Assembly: GCA_047150005.1 (NCBI GenBank)
Contig: AP038806.1
Coordinates: 2,176,001-2,240,000, forward strand
DNA: 64,000 bases
Direction: 5' to 3'
From: Nitrospira sp.
Lineage (GTDB): Bacteria > Nitrospirota > Nitrospiria > Nitrospirales > Nitrospiraceae
Part shown: positions 36,413-46,246 of the stretch, in pieces
Layout of the letters: each line of letters starts with the position of its first letter
How positions within the stretch are numbered: the stretch's first letter is position 1
Made by a program: the position numbers and the translations under genes
Notes under the pieces: generated by a model
Told to the model about the DNA's origin: nothing
Databases searched by the model: none
The model's input: the letters and a program-made list of their open reading frames with translations, nothing else

Positions 36413-38092
36413 CTATTGGCGCAGCTTGGCCCAGGCCTTTTGATACTCTTCGAACGAATCGACTTCGACCCATCCCTTGAAGATGGGTACGGCTTCGACT
36501 CGTTGGCCTTGATCGATCAATTCCTGAATCAGATCGGTAAAGGAGGCTTTGACGACGGCACCGGCTTCGTGGAACCCATCGGACTTATAGCGTTCCAGGG
36601 CGGCCCGATACTCGGACGTAAATGCGGCGATGCCTTTCTCGGAGAACATGGCCATGCCGATAAATTCACCGTGCGCTTGCTCGTGCGACAGATGTTGCCC
36701 GATCTTGACCACCCGGTGCTCTCCGTCCGGCATGACGAATCGCGACAGATAGCTCTTGCCGGGAGAATCGGCCAGGCTGACCAAATCGGGGTTTATGTGG
36801 ACCGGCTGCCGGTCACGTTGGCGTTCCTCCTGCCAAGCCAGATCCACGACCAGCGCGATGTCCGCCGGACTCTTCAGGAGTTTTTCAAGGATGGTGTTGT
36901 CGAAGACGATGTCGCCGTACAGAATGATCGTCCGGCCTTTCATCTCGCTTTCGGCGCAGAAGATCGAGAACAGATCGCCGGTTTCTTCATACCGGTCGTT
37001 GTCGTAGTACCTGATGTTCGGAAGGGTTATCGCTTCTTTCTTATAGCCGCGGACGAGGGCGATCTCCTTGATGTTGCATTCGTTCAAGGCGGCTATCTGC
37101 CGTTCGAGAATCGTCTTGCCCTTGATGTCCAGCAGGCACTTGGGCATGTCTTCAATGAGAGGAAGCAATTGCTTCTCGAATCCGGCGGCCGGGATGATGG
37201 CCGTGATCTGCTCTCCGCCGACGGGGAGGAATTGCCGCTCATCTTGCTCCATCTGCGGAACTCCGACGATGTCGTAGACTTCCGGCAGCGTGACGATGCG
37301 GTCGTTCGCGGCGCCCGGCCTGGTGTCCCGTTTGATGAGATCCAGCGTGTCGCGCATGGCGCGGATCGCCGCGCGGACCGGCTGGTTGGCATAAATGATG
37401 ATCTTTACACCCGCTTCTTCCATTTCCTCGGCAGTCGTCTGGTCGAAAATCGTCGGCACGACCACCAGGGGGACGCGTCCAGACCAGGCTTTATACACGG
37501 CCCGCAGCTCGTCGAACTTTTTTGACTTGGAATGGATCAACACGGCGTCGGCGCCCGCTTCCGCGTAGGCTTCCGCTCGCTTGAGGGCTTCCTCCTGCCC
37601 CCATCCGGCAATCAACGCCTCGGTCCTGGCGATGACCATGAAATCGGGGGAAAGCTGAGCCGCTTTCGCTGCCTTGATCTTGCCGCAATGTTCGTCCAGG
37701 GGGATGAGTTCGCGGCGGACGCCGGCGTAAAAGCTGCAACGTTTGGGATAGACATTATCTTCGATGCAAATCGCCGCGACGCCCGCGCGTTCCCGGTCGG
37801 TCACCGTGCGCATGACGTTCAGCGCGTTTCCATAGCCGGTATCGCAATCGGCGATGACCGGAATCGAGACCGCTTCCGCGATGTTTCGTTCGACTTCCAG
37901 CTGCTCGCTGGACGTGATGAAGCTGGCGTCCGGAATGCATTTGAGCGAAGCGGAGATGGCAAATCCACTAGCCCATACGCCGTCGAATCCCGCCCGCTCA
38001 ATGAGGCGGGCGCTGAGGGCGTCGTGTGCTCCGACGACTTTCAACGCACCAGGTTTCTTTAGCGCAGCCCGAAGTTTTGCGGCGTTCGTCAT
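36413..38092 (-). CDS. PEP mutase-like enzyme fused to a nucleotidyl (cytidylyl) transferase
   Basis: GAHDALSA, ADCDTGYG, EDNVYPKRCSF, IARTEALI, IHSK; C-terminal AIIPAAG...PKCLL, YGDIVF, WVEVDS. Confidence 0.8.
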   Translation of the reverse strand: MTNAAKLRAALKKPGALKVVGAHDALSARLIERAGFDGVWASGFAISASLKCIPDASFITSSEQLEVERNIAEAVSIPVIADCDTGYGNALNVMRTVTDRERAGVAAICIEDNVYPKRCSFYAGVRRELIPLDEHCGKIKAAKAAQLSPDFMVIARTEALIAGWGQEEALKRAEAYAEAGADAVLIHSKSKKFDELRAVYKAWSGRVPLVVVPTIFDQTTAEEMEEAGVKIIIYANQPVRAAIRAMRDTLDLIKRDTRPGAANDRIVTLPEVYDIVGVPQMEQDERQFLPVGGEQITAIIPAAGFEKQLLPLIEDMPKCLLDIKGKTILERQIAALNECNIKEIALVRGYKKEAITLPNIRYYDNDRYEETGDLFSIFCAESEMKGRTIILYGDIVFDNTILEKLLKSPADIALVVDLAWQEERQRDRQPVHINPDLVSLADSPGKSYLSRFVMPDGEHRVVKIGQHLSHEQAHGEFIGMAMFSEKGIAAFTSEYRAALERYKSDGFHEAGAVVKASFTDLIQELIDQGQRVEAVPIFKGWVEVDSFEEYQKAWAKLRQ

Positions 38093-38159
38093 GATGACCT
38101 CGCATGATGCGAAAGCGCGTCCCACTTGTCAACCAAAAGTTTACGGCGCGGGTGCACGT

Positions 38160-38387
38160 TCAGAAGACCGTTGCAGAGTGGCCGTCGGCGATATTCCCCC
38201 GCAGGGCCTGGATCTCGAAAAAAATGATGCCGCGATCCGCGCGACTTTCCCCCCACGGAATCCCCTCGAATCCGTTCGGATCGTGCTGGAGGGGCACCGC
38301 GAGGGCGACCAGGCTGGACAGCAGCAGGGCCGACGCCGTCGACAGCAGTCCCCGCACAAGAACGCTGCAATGAGGCGGCAGGGGCAT
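38160..38387 (-). pseudogene. Internally deleted paralogue of the upstream secreted protein
   Basis: AVPLQHDPNGFEGIPWG joined directly to ESRADRGIIFFE, matching the N- and C-termini of 38390-38905. Confidence 0.65.
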
Positions 38388-38389
38388 GC

Positions 38390-38905
38390 TCAATCCGCGG
38401 TGTCGGCGATTTGATCGTTGAACAGAGGTGCCAGGGTGCGGCTGTCGATAAAAACGAATCCGCGCTCGGTTGCGGCCTGATAGGTCATGTTGATTTCCGA
38501 CTCGGTCCCGCGCCAATTGTACTGCTGATTGAGTCCTCGCACCATCTGCCCGGGAAGACGTTCAAGCGAACCGAATTCTTCTTCAAGGTACAGGAGAATC
38601 CGCTTGTGAATTTGATCGCCTTTGTAGCGAATCGTGACCCGGGCGAACTGTTCATCGACGGATGTTAATCGAACGCTTTCAACCGGGATTCCCCCGAATG
38701 ACGGAGCGTCGCGGGTGAACTCATACTCCCGGAGATGCTGTCCTTCATGCTTGACCCTCAGATCCGGTCGTTCGGACAGCGACGACCCCCAGGCGATGTC
38801 ACGGAAGCCCTTCGGGTCCTTCGTCATCGGCACGGCATGAAGAGCGTCGGGGAACCAGAGAAAAACGAGTGCCAGAATGAAACAATGTCCTGCGCGCCGT
38901 TTCAC
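38390..38905 (-). CDS. Secreted hypothetical protein
   Basis: Signal peptide then VPMTKDPKGFRDIAWG. Confidence 0.75.
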   Translation of the reverse strand: MKRRAGHCFILALVFLWFPDALHAVPMTKDPKGFRDIAWGSSLSERPDLRVKHEGQHLREYEFTRDAPSFGGIPVESVRLTSVDEQFARVTIRYKGDQIHKRILLYLEEEFGSLERLPGQMVRGLNQQYNWRGTESEINMTYQAATERGFVFIDSRTLAPLFNDQIADTAD

Positions 38906-39054
38906 GGAAGGCCACCGGTATTATGTTAGTGGAGCACGCTAACATGTGAGGATCCAAGGTGCAACCGTCCAGATTTCTTGAGAACACCTCGGTGCATAGC
39001 ATATAATGCGCGCGTTTTTCCTGTCAGGACTTCATACATGAGGAACGAGAGCCG

Positions 39055-39552
39055 ATGATCGACAGCGATGCGTTTGTACGGGCTATGCAGGACATGGGCG
39101 TGGATTTCTTTACCGGTGTGCCCGATTCGTTGCTGGGAGGGATCATCGCCGAGTTGATCGATCGGCATCTGTACACCCCGGCGGTGCGCGAGGACGAAGC
39201 CGTGGCGATGGCCGCCGGAGCGTACATGGCCGGCAAGATCCCCGCGGTGCTGATGCAGAATTCAGGGCTCGGTACGTCGCTCAACACACTCATCTCCCTC
39301 AATATGATCTACCGGCAGCCCTGTATCCTGATCGTATCGTGGCGGGGGCAGGGAGGAAAGGATGCGCCGGAGCATCTCGTCATGGGGGAAGTCATGCCGC
39401 AATTTCTCGATACGATGAAGATTCCTCATCGAACACTGATGGAGAAAACCGCCGTTGAGGATTTCAAATGGGTGGCGGAAACGTTCATGAAGCAGCGCAT
39501 TCCCGTCGCCCTTTTTATTGGCAAGGGTGTCGTCAAGGGACTGCACCCGTGA
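39055..39552 (+). CDS. Phosphonopyruvate/sulfopyruvate decarboxylase, alpha subunit
   Basis: FFTGVPDSLL, REDEAV, MQNSGLG, SWRG...DAPEH. Confidence 0.85.
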   Translation: MIDSDAFVRAMQDMGVDFFTGVPDSLLGGIIAELIDRHLYTPAVREDEAVAMAAGAYMAGKIPAVLMQNSGLGTSLNTLISLNMIYRQPCILIVSWRGQGGKDAPEHLVMGEVMPQFLDTMKIPHRTLMEKTAVEDFKWVAETFMKQRIPVALFIGKGVVKGLHP

Positions 39553-39640
39553 AGAATCGTGAAGGGTGGTTCGTGAAGCGTATCTCGCAAACGAACGACG
39601 GACGACGCTTCACGAGCGAAGCGGTCATTGGAGTAGGAAT

Positions 39641-40219
39641 ATGAGACCGGAGCAGGGGACATTGATCAGCCGGGCTCAGGCCATCGGGGCCCTCCTGGAA
39701 TTGTTGACGGATCAACCCGTCGTCATCTGTAATGGGTTTCCGTCGCGCGAAGCGCACAAGATTGCGGATAGGGCGACGCATTTTTACATGATCGGCTCCA
39801 TGGGCAACGCGCCGGCGATCGCGCTGGGTGTGGCGCTGGCCAAGCCGAACAAGCAGGTCGTCACCTTCGACGGAGACGGCAATGTGCTCATGGGCATGGG
39901 TACCTTGGCCACCGTAGGCGCCCTGAAGCCGAAGAACTTCATCCATGTCGTGTTCGACAACGAGGTCTACGGGACGACCGGAAATCAACCGACGATCTCG
40001 AATGTGGTGCCACTGGACAGAGTGGCCAAGGCCGCCGGCTATGTGAATGTCGAGCGTGTGCGGGATCGCGAGGACCTTGTCTACGAGTTCAAGGACATGC
40101 TGAAAAAGGACGGGCCCAGCATGTTGCTGGTTAAGGTCAACGAGTTTGCCGAGGATGCCGGCCGTGTTCTGCTCGAACCGCCGGACTTGACCACACGATT
40201 CATGAAAGCGATAGAGTAG
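39641..40219 (+). CDS. Phosphonopyruvate/sulfopyruvate decarboxylase, beta (TPP-binding) subunit
   Basis: FYMIGSMG, DGDGNVLM...DNEVYGTTGNQPT. Confidence 0.85.
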   Translation: MRPEQGTLISRAQAIGALLELLTDQPVVICNGFPSREAHKIADRATHFYMIGSMGNAPAIALGVALAKPNKQVVTFDGDGNVLMGMGTLATVGALKPKNFIHVVFDNEVYGTTGNQPTISNVVPLDRVAKAAGYVNVERVRDREDLVYEFKDMLKKDGPSMLLVKVNEFAEDAGRVLLEPPDLTTRFMKAIE

Positions 40220-40236
40220 GGGAGTCGAACCACACC

Positions 40237-41319
40237 ATGATGTTGTTGAATCCAGGGCCAGTGAACGTATCGGACAGGGTCAGGCAGGCTCTCCTTCGCC
40301 AGGATATCTGTCACCGGGAATCGGAATTCTCCGATCTCCTGGCCGGGATCCAAACCAAGCTGCTGAAGGCCTTCGTGCCTGGGGCGGAAGCCGACTATGC
40401 CGCCGTGCTGATCACGGGTTCCGGAACGTCTGCTGTCGAAGCCGCCGTGTTGTCCTCACTTCCGCACGGCAAGCGCATGCTGGTTTTGAACAATGGAGTC
40501 TATGGCGAGCGACTTTCCCAGATGGTGGGCGTTCATCGTCTGGGCGTTTCTGAACTGAAGTACGAGTGGACTGTGACGCCGGATCCCGAGCGACTGCGGC
40601 TGGCGCTCAGGCAGCATCCGGAGGTCCATGCCGTGGCGATGGTGCATCACGAGACCACCACCGGATTGATCAATCCGGTCAAGGAAATTGCCGAGGTCGT
40701 CGACAGTCAAAACCGCGTGTTCATCGTGGACGCGGTCAGCGCTCTGGGCGGTGAACCGCTCGACATCGCCGGCAATCATATCTACATGGTGAGCGGTACG
40801 GCGGGGAAGTGCATCCAGGGATTTCCTGGCGTGTCGTTTGTGCTGCTGCGGCGGGGATTTCTGGAACGGATGCGAACCTATCCCAAGCGGTCCTGGTATC
40901 TCCATCTGACCCATTATGTGAACGATCAGGGCCAAGGGGTCATCCCGTTCACGCCGGCGGTGCAGGTGTTTTATGCTTTTGACGAGGCGCTCAACGAGCT
41001 CCTTGACGAAGGGGTCGCCAGGCGTATTCAACGCTACAAGAAAATGGCGTCGTTGATCCGAGAGCGTATGGCGAAACTCGGCCTGAAATCGGTTCTCACG
41101 CCGGATCGCCAATCCAACACGATCACCGCGTACTATCTGCCGGAAGGGTTGTCCTACCAGGTTCTCCATGATCAGTTGAAGGCGCAGGGGTACGTCATCT
41201 ATGCCGGTCAGGGCAATCTGGAGAACAAGATTTTTCGGGTGGCCAACATGGGGGCATTGACCGAGGCACAGTTCACGGCATTTCTCGACGCCGTGGAACG
41301 GATTTGCACGCCCGCATGA
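40237..41319 (+). CDS. Class V aminotransferase, 2-aminoethylphosphonate transaminase-like
   Basis: LLNPGP, GSGT, NGVYGER, HHETTTG, DAVS, GKCIQGFPG, PFTP, YAGQG. Confidence 0.85.
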   Translation: MMLLNPGPVNVSDRVRQALLRQDICHRESEFSDLLAGIQTKLLKAFVPGAEADYAAVLITGSGTSAVEAAVLSSLPHGKRMLVLNNGVYGERLSQMVGVHRLGVSELKYEWTVTPDPERLRLALRQHPEVHAVAMVHHETTTGLINPVKEIAEVVDSQNRVFIVDAVSALGGEPLDIAGNHIYMVSGTAGKCIQGFPGVSFVLLRRGFLERMRTYPKRSWYLHLTHYVNDQGQGVIPFTPAVQVFYAFDEALNELLDEGVARRIQRYKKMASLIRERMAKLGLKSVLTPDRQSNTITAYYLPEGLSYQVLHDQLKAQGYVIYAGQGNLENKIFRVANMGALTEAQFTAFLDAVERICTPA

Positions 41320-42035
41320 AGGCCGTCATTCTCGCCGCCGGCGTCGGTAAGCGGCTCTGGCCTCTGACACAGCATCGTCCCAAATGTCTGATCGAGATCG
41401 GCGGCCGGAGTCTGCTTCACCGCTATCTGCGATCACTGGGAGAGGTCGGTGTGGCCAGAGCGGATATCGTCGTCGGATACAAGCAGGAGATGATCCGGGC
41501 GGCCGTGGATGCCAATTCGTATGGGGTGCGGGTGAACTTCCTCGTCAATGAGCAATTCCAGCGCGGCAGCATTTCTTCTCTGTGGGTGGCGCGCACGGTC
41601 TTGGATGATGACGTCATCATTATGGATGCGGACGTGCTGTTTCATCGTGAGATCCTCCGAAAACTCGTGCAGTCTGCGTATCCCAACGCTCTGCTGATGG
41701 ACGAATCGGTCAAACAGACCGGAGAAGAATGTATGGTGGTAGTGGAGGGCGGTCGCGTCATCGCGCTGACCAAGCGTCTGCCGCTGCATTACGACTATGC
41801 GGGCGAAGGCGTCGGGTTTTTCAAGGTCAGGGCGGCGGATACTCCCCATATCGTGGCATCTCTCAGGACGTACGTGGACCGGGAAGCCTGGCAGATGGAA
41901 TACGAAGATGCGTTACTGGAATTCTTCAGGGATGTGAAAGTGGGGCATGAAAAAATCGGAGGCTTGCCTTGGACCGAGATCGATTTCGCCGAGGACGTGG
42001 AGAAGGCCGAGCGGGACGTACTGCCGAAATTGTGA
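41316..42035 (+). CDS. LicC/PntC-like cytidylyltransferase
   Basis: VILAAGVGKRL...PKCL, MDADVLF, WTEIDF. Confidence 0.85.
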   Translation: MKAVILAAGVGKRLWPLTQHRPKCLIEIGGRSLLHRYLRSLGEVGVARADIVVGYKQEMIRAAVDANSYGVRVNFLVNEQFQRGSISSLWVARTVLDDDVIIMDADVLFHREILRKLVQSAYPNALLMDESVKQTGEECMVVVEGGRVIALTKRLPLHYDYAGEGVGFFKVRAADTPHIVASLRTYVDREAWQMEYEDALLEFFRDVKVGHEKIGGLPWTEIDFAEDVEKAERDVLPKL

Positions 42036-42065
42036 CGCGCGTCCATCCCGCGATTCCCTGTCGCG

Positions 42066-43481
42066 ATGGCGTACAACGTAAGAGGACAGCCCGACATGGG
42101 TGAGAGTGTGCTTGACCAACAGGCCGATCTGCAGGGGCTCTCAACCGCCATCCTGCTCCCGTCTGTGGACCTGTCCGGGGCGCCGGTCGGAGGGGCAGTC
42201 GGGCCGCTCACGCCGATTGTGGGCATCGGCTTGTTCCAGCGCGCCGTGTTGACCTTTCAACGTGCGGGTATCCGGCAGCTGATTGTGGTGGCCGGAGTGG
42301 AGGAAGAGGCGCTCAAGCAAGCTCTCGGCAAGGGACCCCGCGTGACGATCCCGGTCCGTTGGATGCCGATTCGGGAATTTCCGCTGGATGACCCCCGGAC
42401 CTGGGAGGCGTTGGCCGCAGAGGTTCGCGGCTTCTGTCTGGTGTCCGGAGCAGCCGGCATCTTCTCGCGCGCGTTGGTCGAGCAGCTCCGACGGGACGTT
42501 CAGGAAGGACAAGCGATTGTCGTCGGGCCCGCGCGGCATCACCGTGGGACGACTCAGGGCGATGTCGGGTCGATCCGCCGGTTCCCGGAATCGAGTGTGG
42601 CCGAGGCAGCGGATCTGGTGGTGCTACCGGCGAGCCTTTTGAGTGCCGCAGGATCGACGATGTGCGAGTCCGGTACCGTTCCTGTTCGTCGGTGGATCGA
42701 ACAGGCGGGGGCGACCGGTCGGTTGCGTGTTTTTTCGACCGAATCGAACCAGGCCCTGTGGTACCGGGCGGTACGGAACTCCCGTGATCTGCGAGCCGCC
42801 GAGAGCCAGCTGTTTGCATCGCTCAGAAGCGACCTCGAAGGCGTCGTCGACCGGTATTTCAATCGGATTCTGTCCCGAAGGTTCACACGGGTCTTTCTCT
42901 CGCTCGGTTTATCGCCAAACACTGTGACCATGCTGGCCACTCTTGTGGGACTGGCCGCGGCGATGGGATTTGCGAGGGGGACGTACGCCGCCGGCCTCGG
43001 CGCAGCGGTGCTCTTCCAGCTGGCTGCGGTCATCGATTGCAGCGACGGTGAAATCGCGCGGCTGACCTTCACGGAGTCGTCGTTCGGAGCCTGGCTCGAC
43101 ATTGCCATGGACAATGTCGTCCACATGGCCATCTTCGGAGGAATCGCCTGGGGGAGCTATATTGCCGGCTCGGGATTCCCGTACGCCTGGACGCCGTTGG
43201 TCTTGGGGGCCGCCGCGATCCTGGGGAATGCACTGTCATTCGTACTGGTGGGCAAGGCCCAGAAGATCAGAGCAGCGAACGGGTGGAAGAGTCTCGTGCA
43301 TGCAGCGCGCTCCGAATTCATTCTGCAGAATGTAGCGAGCCGGGATTTTTCCGTCATCGTCCTGGTATTTGCCCTCCTCGGCAAGCTGGACTGGTTTCTG
43401 TGGCTCGCGGCGATCGGATCCTTGACGTTCGCGGCGATCATGCTCTGGGTGGTTCGTTTTTCCTCGACCGGCCGTGGTTAA
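42066..43481 (+). CDS. Degenerate NTP-transferase domain fused to CDP-alcohol phosphatidyltransferase
   Basis: SPNTVT and DCSDGEIAR-x8-GAWLDIAMD signature. Confidence 0.85.
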   Translation: MAYNVRGQPDMGESVLDQQADLQGLSTAILLPSVDLSGAPVGGAVGPLTPIVGIGLFQRAVLTFQRAGIRQLIVVAGVEEEALKQALGKGPRVTIPVRWMPIREFPLDDPRTWEALAAEVRGFCLVSGAAGIFSRALVEQLRRDVQEGQAIVVGPARHHRGTTQGDVGSIRRFPESSVAEAADLVVLPASLLSAAGSTMCESGTVPVRRWIEQAGATGRLRVFSTESNQALWYRAVRNSRDLRAAESQLFASLRSDLEGVVDRYFNRILSRRFTRVFLSLGLSPNTVTMLATLVGLAAAMGFARGTYAAGLGAAVLFQLAAVIDCSDGEIARLTFTESSFGAWLDIAMDNVVHMAIFGGIAWGSYIAGSGFPYAWTPLVLGAAAILGNALSFVLVGKAQKIRAANGWKSLVHAARSEFILQNVASRDFSVIVLVFALLGKLDWFLWLAAIGSLTFAAIMLWVVRFSSTGRG

Positions 43482-44463
43482 GCGGCTTCTTCTGGTTATC
43501 GGTCTCTTCACGCTCGCGTTTCTCGTCTGGTACATCGGCCCAGCGGAGATTTACCGCGCAGTTCACAGGCTCGGTCCGGTGGCGCTCCTGGCGATTCTCG
43601 CGCCTTCGCTCCTCATGTATCTGGTCGAGGGCTACGGCTGGAAGATCACGCTCGCGGGATCGAAACAGGTCCCATTCCGGCGTCTTCTCATGATCCGTAT
43701 GGCGGGGGAAGTGGTCAATATGACGACGCCGACTGCCTACGTCGGCGGAGAGCCATTGAAAGCCTACCTCCTCCAGCGGGACGGAGTGCCCGTGGTCGAG
43801 GGATTGGCATCGGTGGTTATTGCCAAGACTACCATGACAATCGCCCAGGTGGTGTTCATCATCGTGGGTATTGCCGCCGGCCTGTGGGTCCTGGGCCCGA
43901 CCGGGTCACCCGGTCAGGTCGTCACGGGCGCCCTTCTCAGTGTGGGGTTATTACTCTTTGGGACGGCGGCGTTCGTGCTGGTGCAGCGGCGGGGTCTCTT
44001 TACCTGGACGCTGGAACTGATCCGAAGGCTCGGGTGGCGGTTTGAGTTTCTGGAGCATCGGGCAGAACAACTCCGATCGCTCGACCGGACAATCCTGAAC
44101 TTCTATACAGAACGCCGGACCATGTTCTACGTCTCGACGGGACTGTACTTACTGGGATGGCTTGCCGAAGCGATTGAAGTCTACGTCATTATCTACTGCC
44201 TTGGCGGTGCGGCCGACATACTGTCGGCGGTTTCGATCGGGGCATTGTCGGTCTTGATCAAGGGAGGAACATTTTTCATTCCCGGGAGTCTAGGTGCCCA
44301 GGATGCGGGTAATGTATTGCTGCTGCACGCGTTCGGCTATAGTGAGGTTATTGGAGTCGCCTTCGCGCTCTTGCGGCGTTTTCGTGAGCTGGTGTGGATC
44401 TCCGTCGGATTGCTGTGCCTGGCGCTGATCGGCAAGCCAGGAGGGTCGACGAATGACACCTAG
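43474..44463 (+). CDS. Lysylphosphatidylglycerol-synthase TM / flippase-like protein
   Basis: Multi-TM; NMTTPTAYVGGEPLK, FIPGSLG. Confidence 0.8.
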   Translation: MVKRLLLVIGLFTLAFLVWYIGPAEIYRAVHRLGPVALLAILAPSLLMYLVEGYGWKITLAGSKQVPFRRLLMIRMAGEVVNMTTPTAYVGGEPLKAYLLQRDGVPVVEGLASVVIAKTTMTIAQVVFIIVGIAAGLWVLGPTGSPGQVVTGALLSVGLLLFGTAAFVLVQRRGLFTWTLELIRRLGWRFEFLEHRAEQLRSLDRTILNFYTERRTMFYVSTGLYLLGWLAEAIEVYVIIYCLGGAADILSAVSIGALSVLIKGGTFFIPGSLGAQDAGNVLLLHAFGYSEVIGVAFALLRRFRELVWISVGLLCLALIGKPGGSTNDT

Positions 44464-44822
44464 GATGTGACGCGCTCACGCTGGATGCTATGGATCCGCT
44501 CGACCATCAGATCCCACACGAAACTGTGCAGGCGGAGATTCGCGGTTCGGTCGACCTTTGTGAATTCGATTCCCGCCCGGTTGCCGTCAACCCATCGCAC
44601 CTGTCCGAGATCGATGGGAAGAGATTCATGGCGATCCGGCAGAAGCAACCTGAGCGCGACGCTGCGCTCTGGAGGCATGGGTCTGTCGGTCTGTATCGTA
44701 CAACCCACAGCCGACAGATTGACGATGACGCCTTCTCCGATCATCGAGAGCACGCAATACATTGCTGGGTAGCTGACCGGCAGACGGTAGAGCCCACGAT
44801 GGTAGGGTCGGACGGTTTCCAT
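44460..44822 (-). CDS. PilZ-domain protein
   Basis: HRGLYR and NLSAVG motifs, VRW...GIEF. Confidence 0.75.
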   Translation of the reverse strand: METVRPYHRGLYRLPVSYPAMYCVLSMIGEGVIVNLSAVGCTIQTDRPMPPERSVALRLLLPDRHESLPIDLGQVRWVDGNRAGIEFTKVDRTANLRLHSFVWDLMVERIHSIQRERVTS

Positions 44823-45005
44823 GATCGGCAGGAGTCTAACCGGTTCCCATCACCATCGAACATTCCTCGTAAGGGGGGACGGGGCCGATCAAGGAGGCTG
44901 GCGGCTCACGCCGGCCGATTCCACATAGGGGCCGAGCGCAGGCGTAGAGGCCGACGATTTTCAGGGGTGGGATCAACCGATGCCGGCTCAAGCGAATTCA
45001 GTCTC

Positions 45006-46019
45006 CTACTTGCCACCTGTTTGTTGTACGAGTCTGCGGAACTCGACCAGTTGTCTGACTTGCTCGACGATAATCTCGGGTTGGTCGAAGTTGACAAAGT
45101 GACTGCTTCGATCTGCAAAGATCTGGCGGCTGTTGGTGGAGAGTTTCAACAGATCGGCCTGGAGATTGAGCCACATATGACGGAATCGTGAGCCGTCCAC
45201 TCCCTGTGGCATGTCGGGCCACCACGTCGGCCCCGTCGCGGTCACGACAATGAGTGGAAGGTCGCCGAGACGACCGGAGCGCTTGACCTGGGACGAGGTT
45301 TCCTCCAGCGAGGCTTGCTCATCCGCCATGGTGGCGAAGTAGCGGGTTCTCGCCCAGCCGGCCCGCAGCATGGGGCGAATCTCCGGAGGGGCGCCCTCCA
45401 CCTGTCTGGCGAACAACGGCGGCAGGATATCCAACGTCAGCATGAGCCGTGTGATCCCGAGCGTGGTGGCCGCTCCGATGATCGGGAAAGCCGACTTGGC
45501 CGCGGCGATGAATTTCCGGAACTCCTCTTCGTCAAACTGCCGTTCGTGGTCAGCATCGACCAGTACCATCGCGACGACGTCCTCCCGGTAGGATTCGTGG
45601 TACAGTCTGGCTACGAACCCTCCGAGCGAATGGCCGACCAGAATATAGGGTCCGGACACTCTCGCGCGGGCGAGCAGGGTGTGAAGCTCATCGGCGATTT
45701 GTCGCCCCGTTCGCGGCGATGGCCCACGCTCGCTCCAACCCAGTCCGGCTCGATCATACGAGCAGATACGCGTGAGCCGGGTCAGATCGGATTGGATCTT
45801 CGTCCAATAGAGCGACCAGCCGATACTCGCCGATTCGAGGACGACAGTGGGACTGCCTTCGCCCGTACAATGGAGGTGAAGCTCGTGTCCACCGACGTCA
45901 ACGAGTCTTCCCGGGGGCGGATATCGTTGACTGTCCAGTGCCATGTCAACGGCTTGATACGCAGCGCCGGTCAAGACGAGCAGCAACACCGCTACGACAG
46001 AGCGAATCAGCCATCGCAT
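45006..46019 (-). CDS. Alpha/beta hydrolase
   Basis: YPPPGRLVDVGG, YDRAGLGWS, GHSLGG, SSHFV. Confidence 0.88.
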   Translation of the reverse strand: MRWLIRSVVAVLLLVLTGAAYQAVDMALDSQRYPPPGRLVDVGGHELHLHCTGEGSPTVVLESASIGWSLYWTKIQSDLTRLTRICSYDRAGLGWSERGPSPRTGRQIADELHTLLARARVSGPYILVGHSLGGFVARLYHESYREDVVAMVLVDADHERQFDEEEFRKFIAAAKSAFPIIGAATTLGITRLMLTLDILPPLFARQVEGAPPEIRPMLRAGWARTRYFATMADEQASLEETSSQVKRSGRLGDLPLIVVTATGPTWWPDMPQGVDGSRFRHMWLNLQADLLKLSTNSRQIFADRSSHFVNFDQPEIIVEQVRQLVEFRRLVQQTGGK

Positions 46020-46246
46020 CGTGTCAAATCGGTCGCCGCATGTCCGCGGGATTCCCCGAGGCTTGGCGGCGAACGCTCCCAAGTCGCTTGCAAAGTGGTA
46101 TGAGTATAACTCTTCAGCGTACTTCTTCCATCCCCAGCCTAGTGGATTCGCTTGAAAACGGAAAGATCTGCACAACAGCGAACCGCTTCGGCAATCTTCC
46201 AACAAGAGTGCAGGATTTGAGCCTGATACTGAGCGTGTGAGACCCA

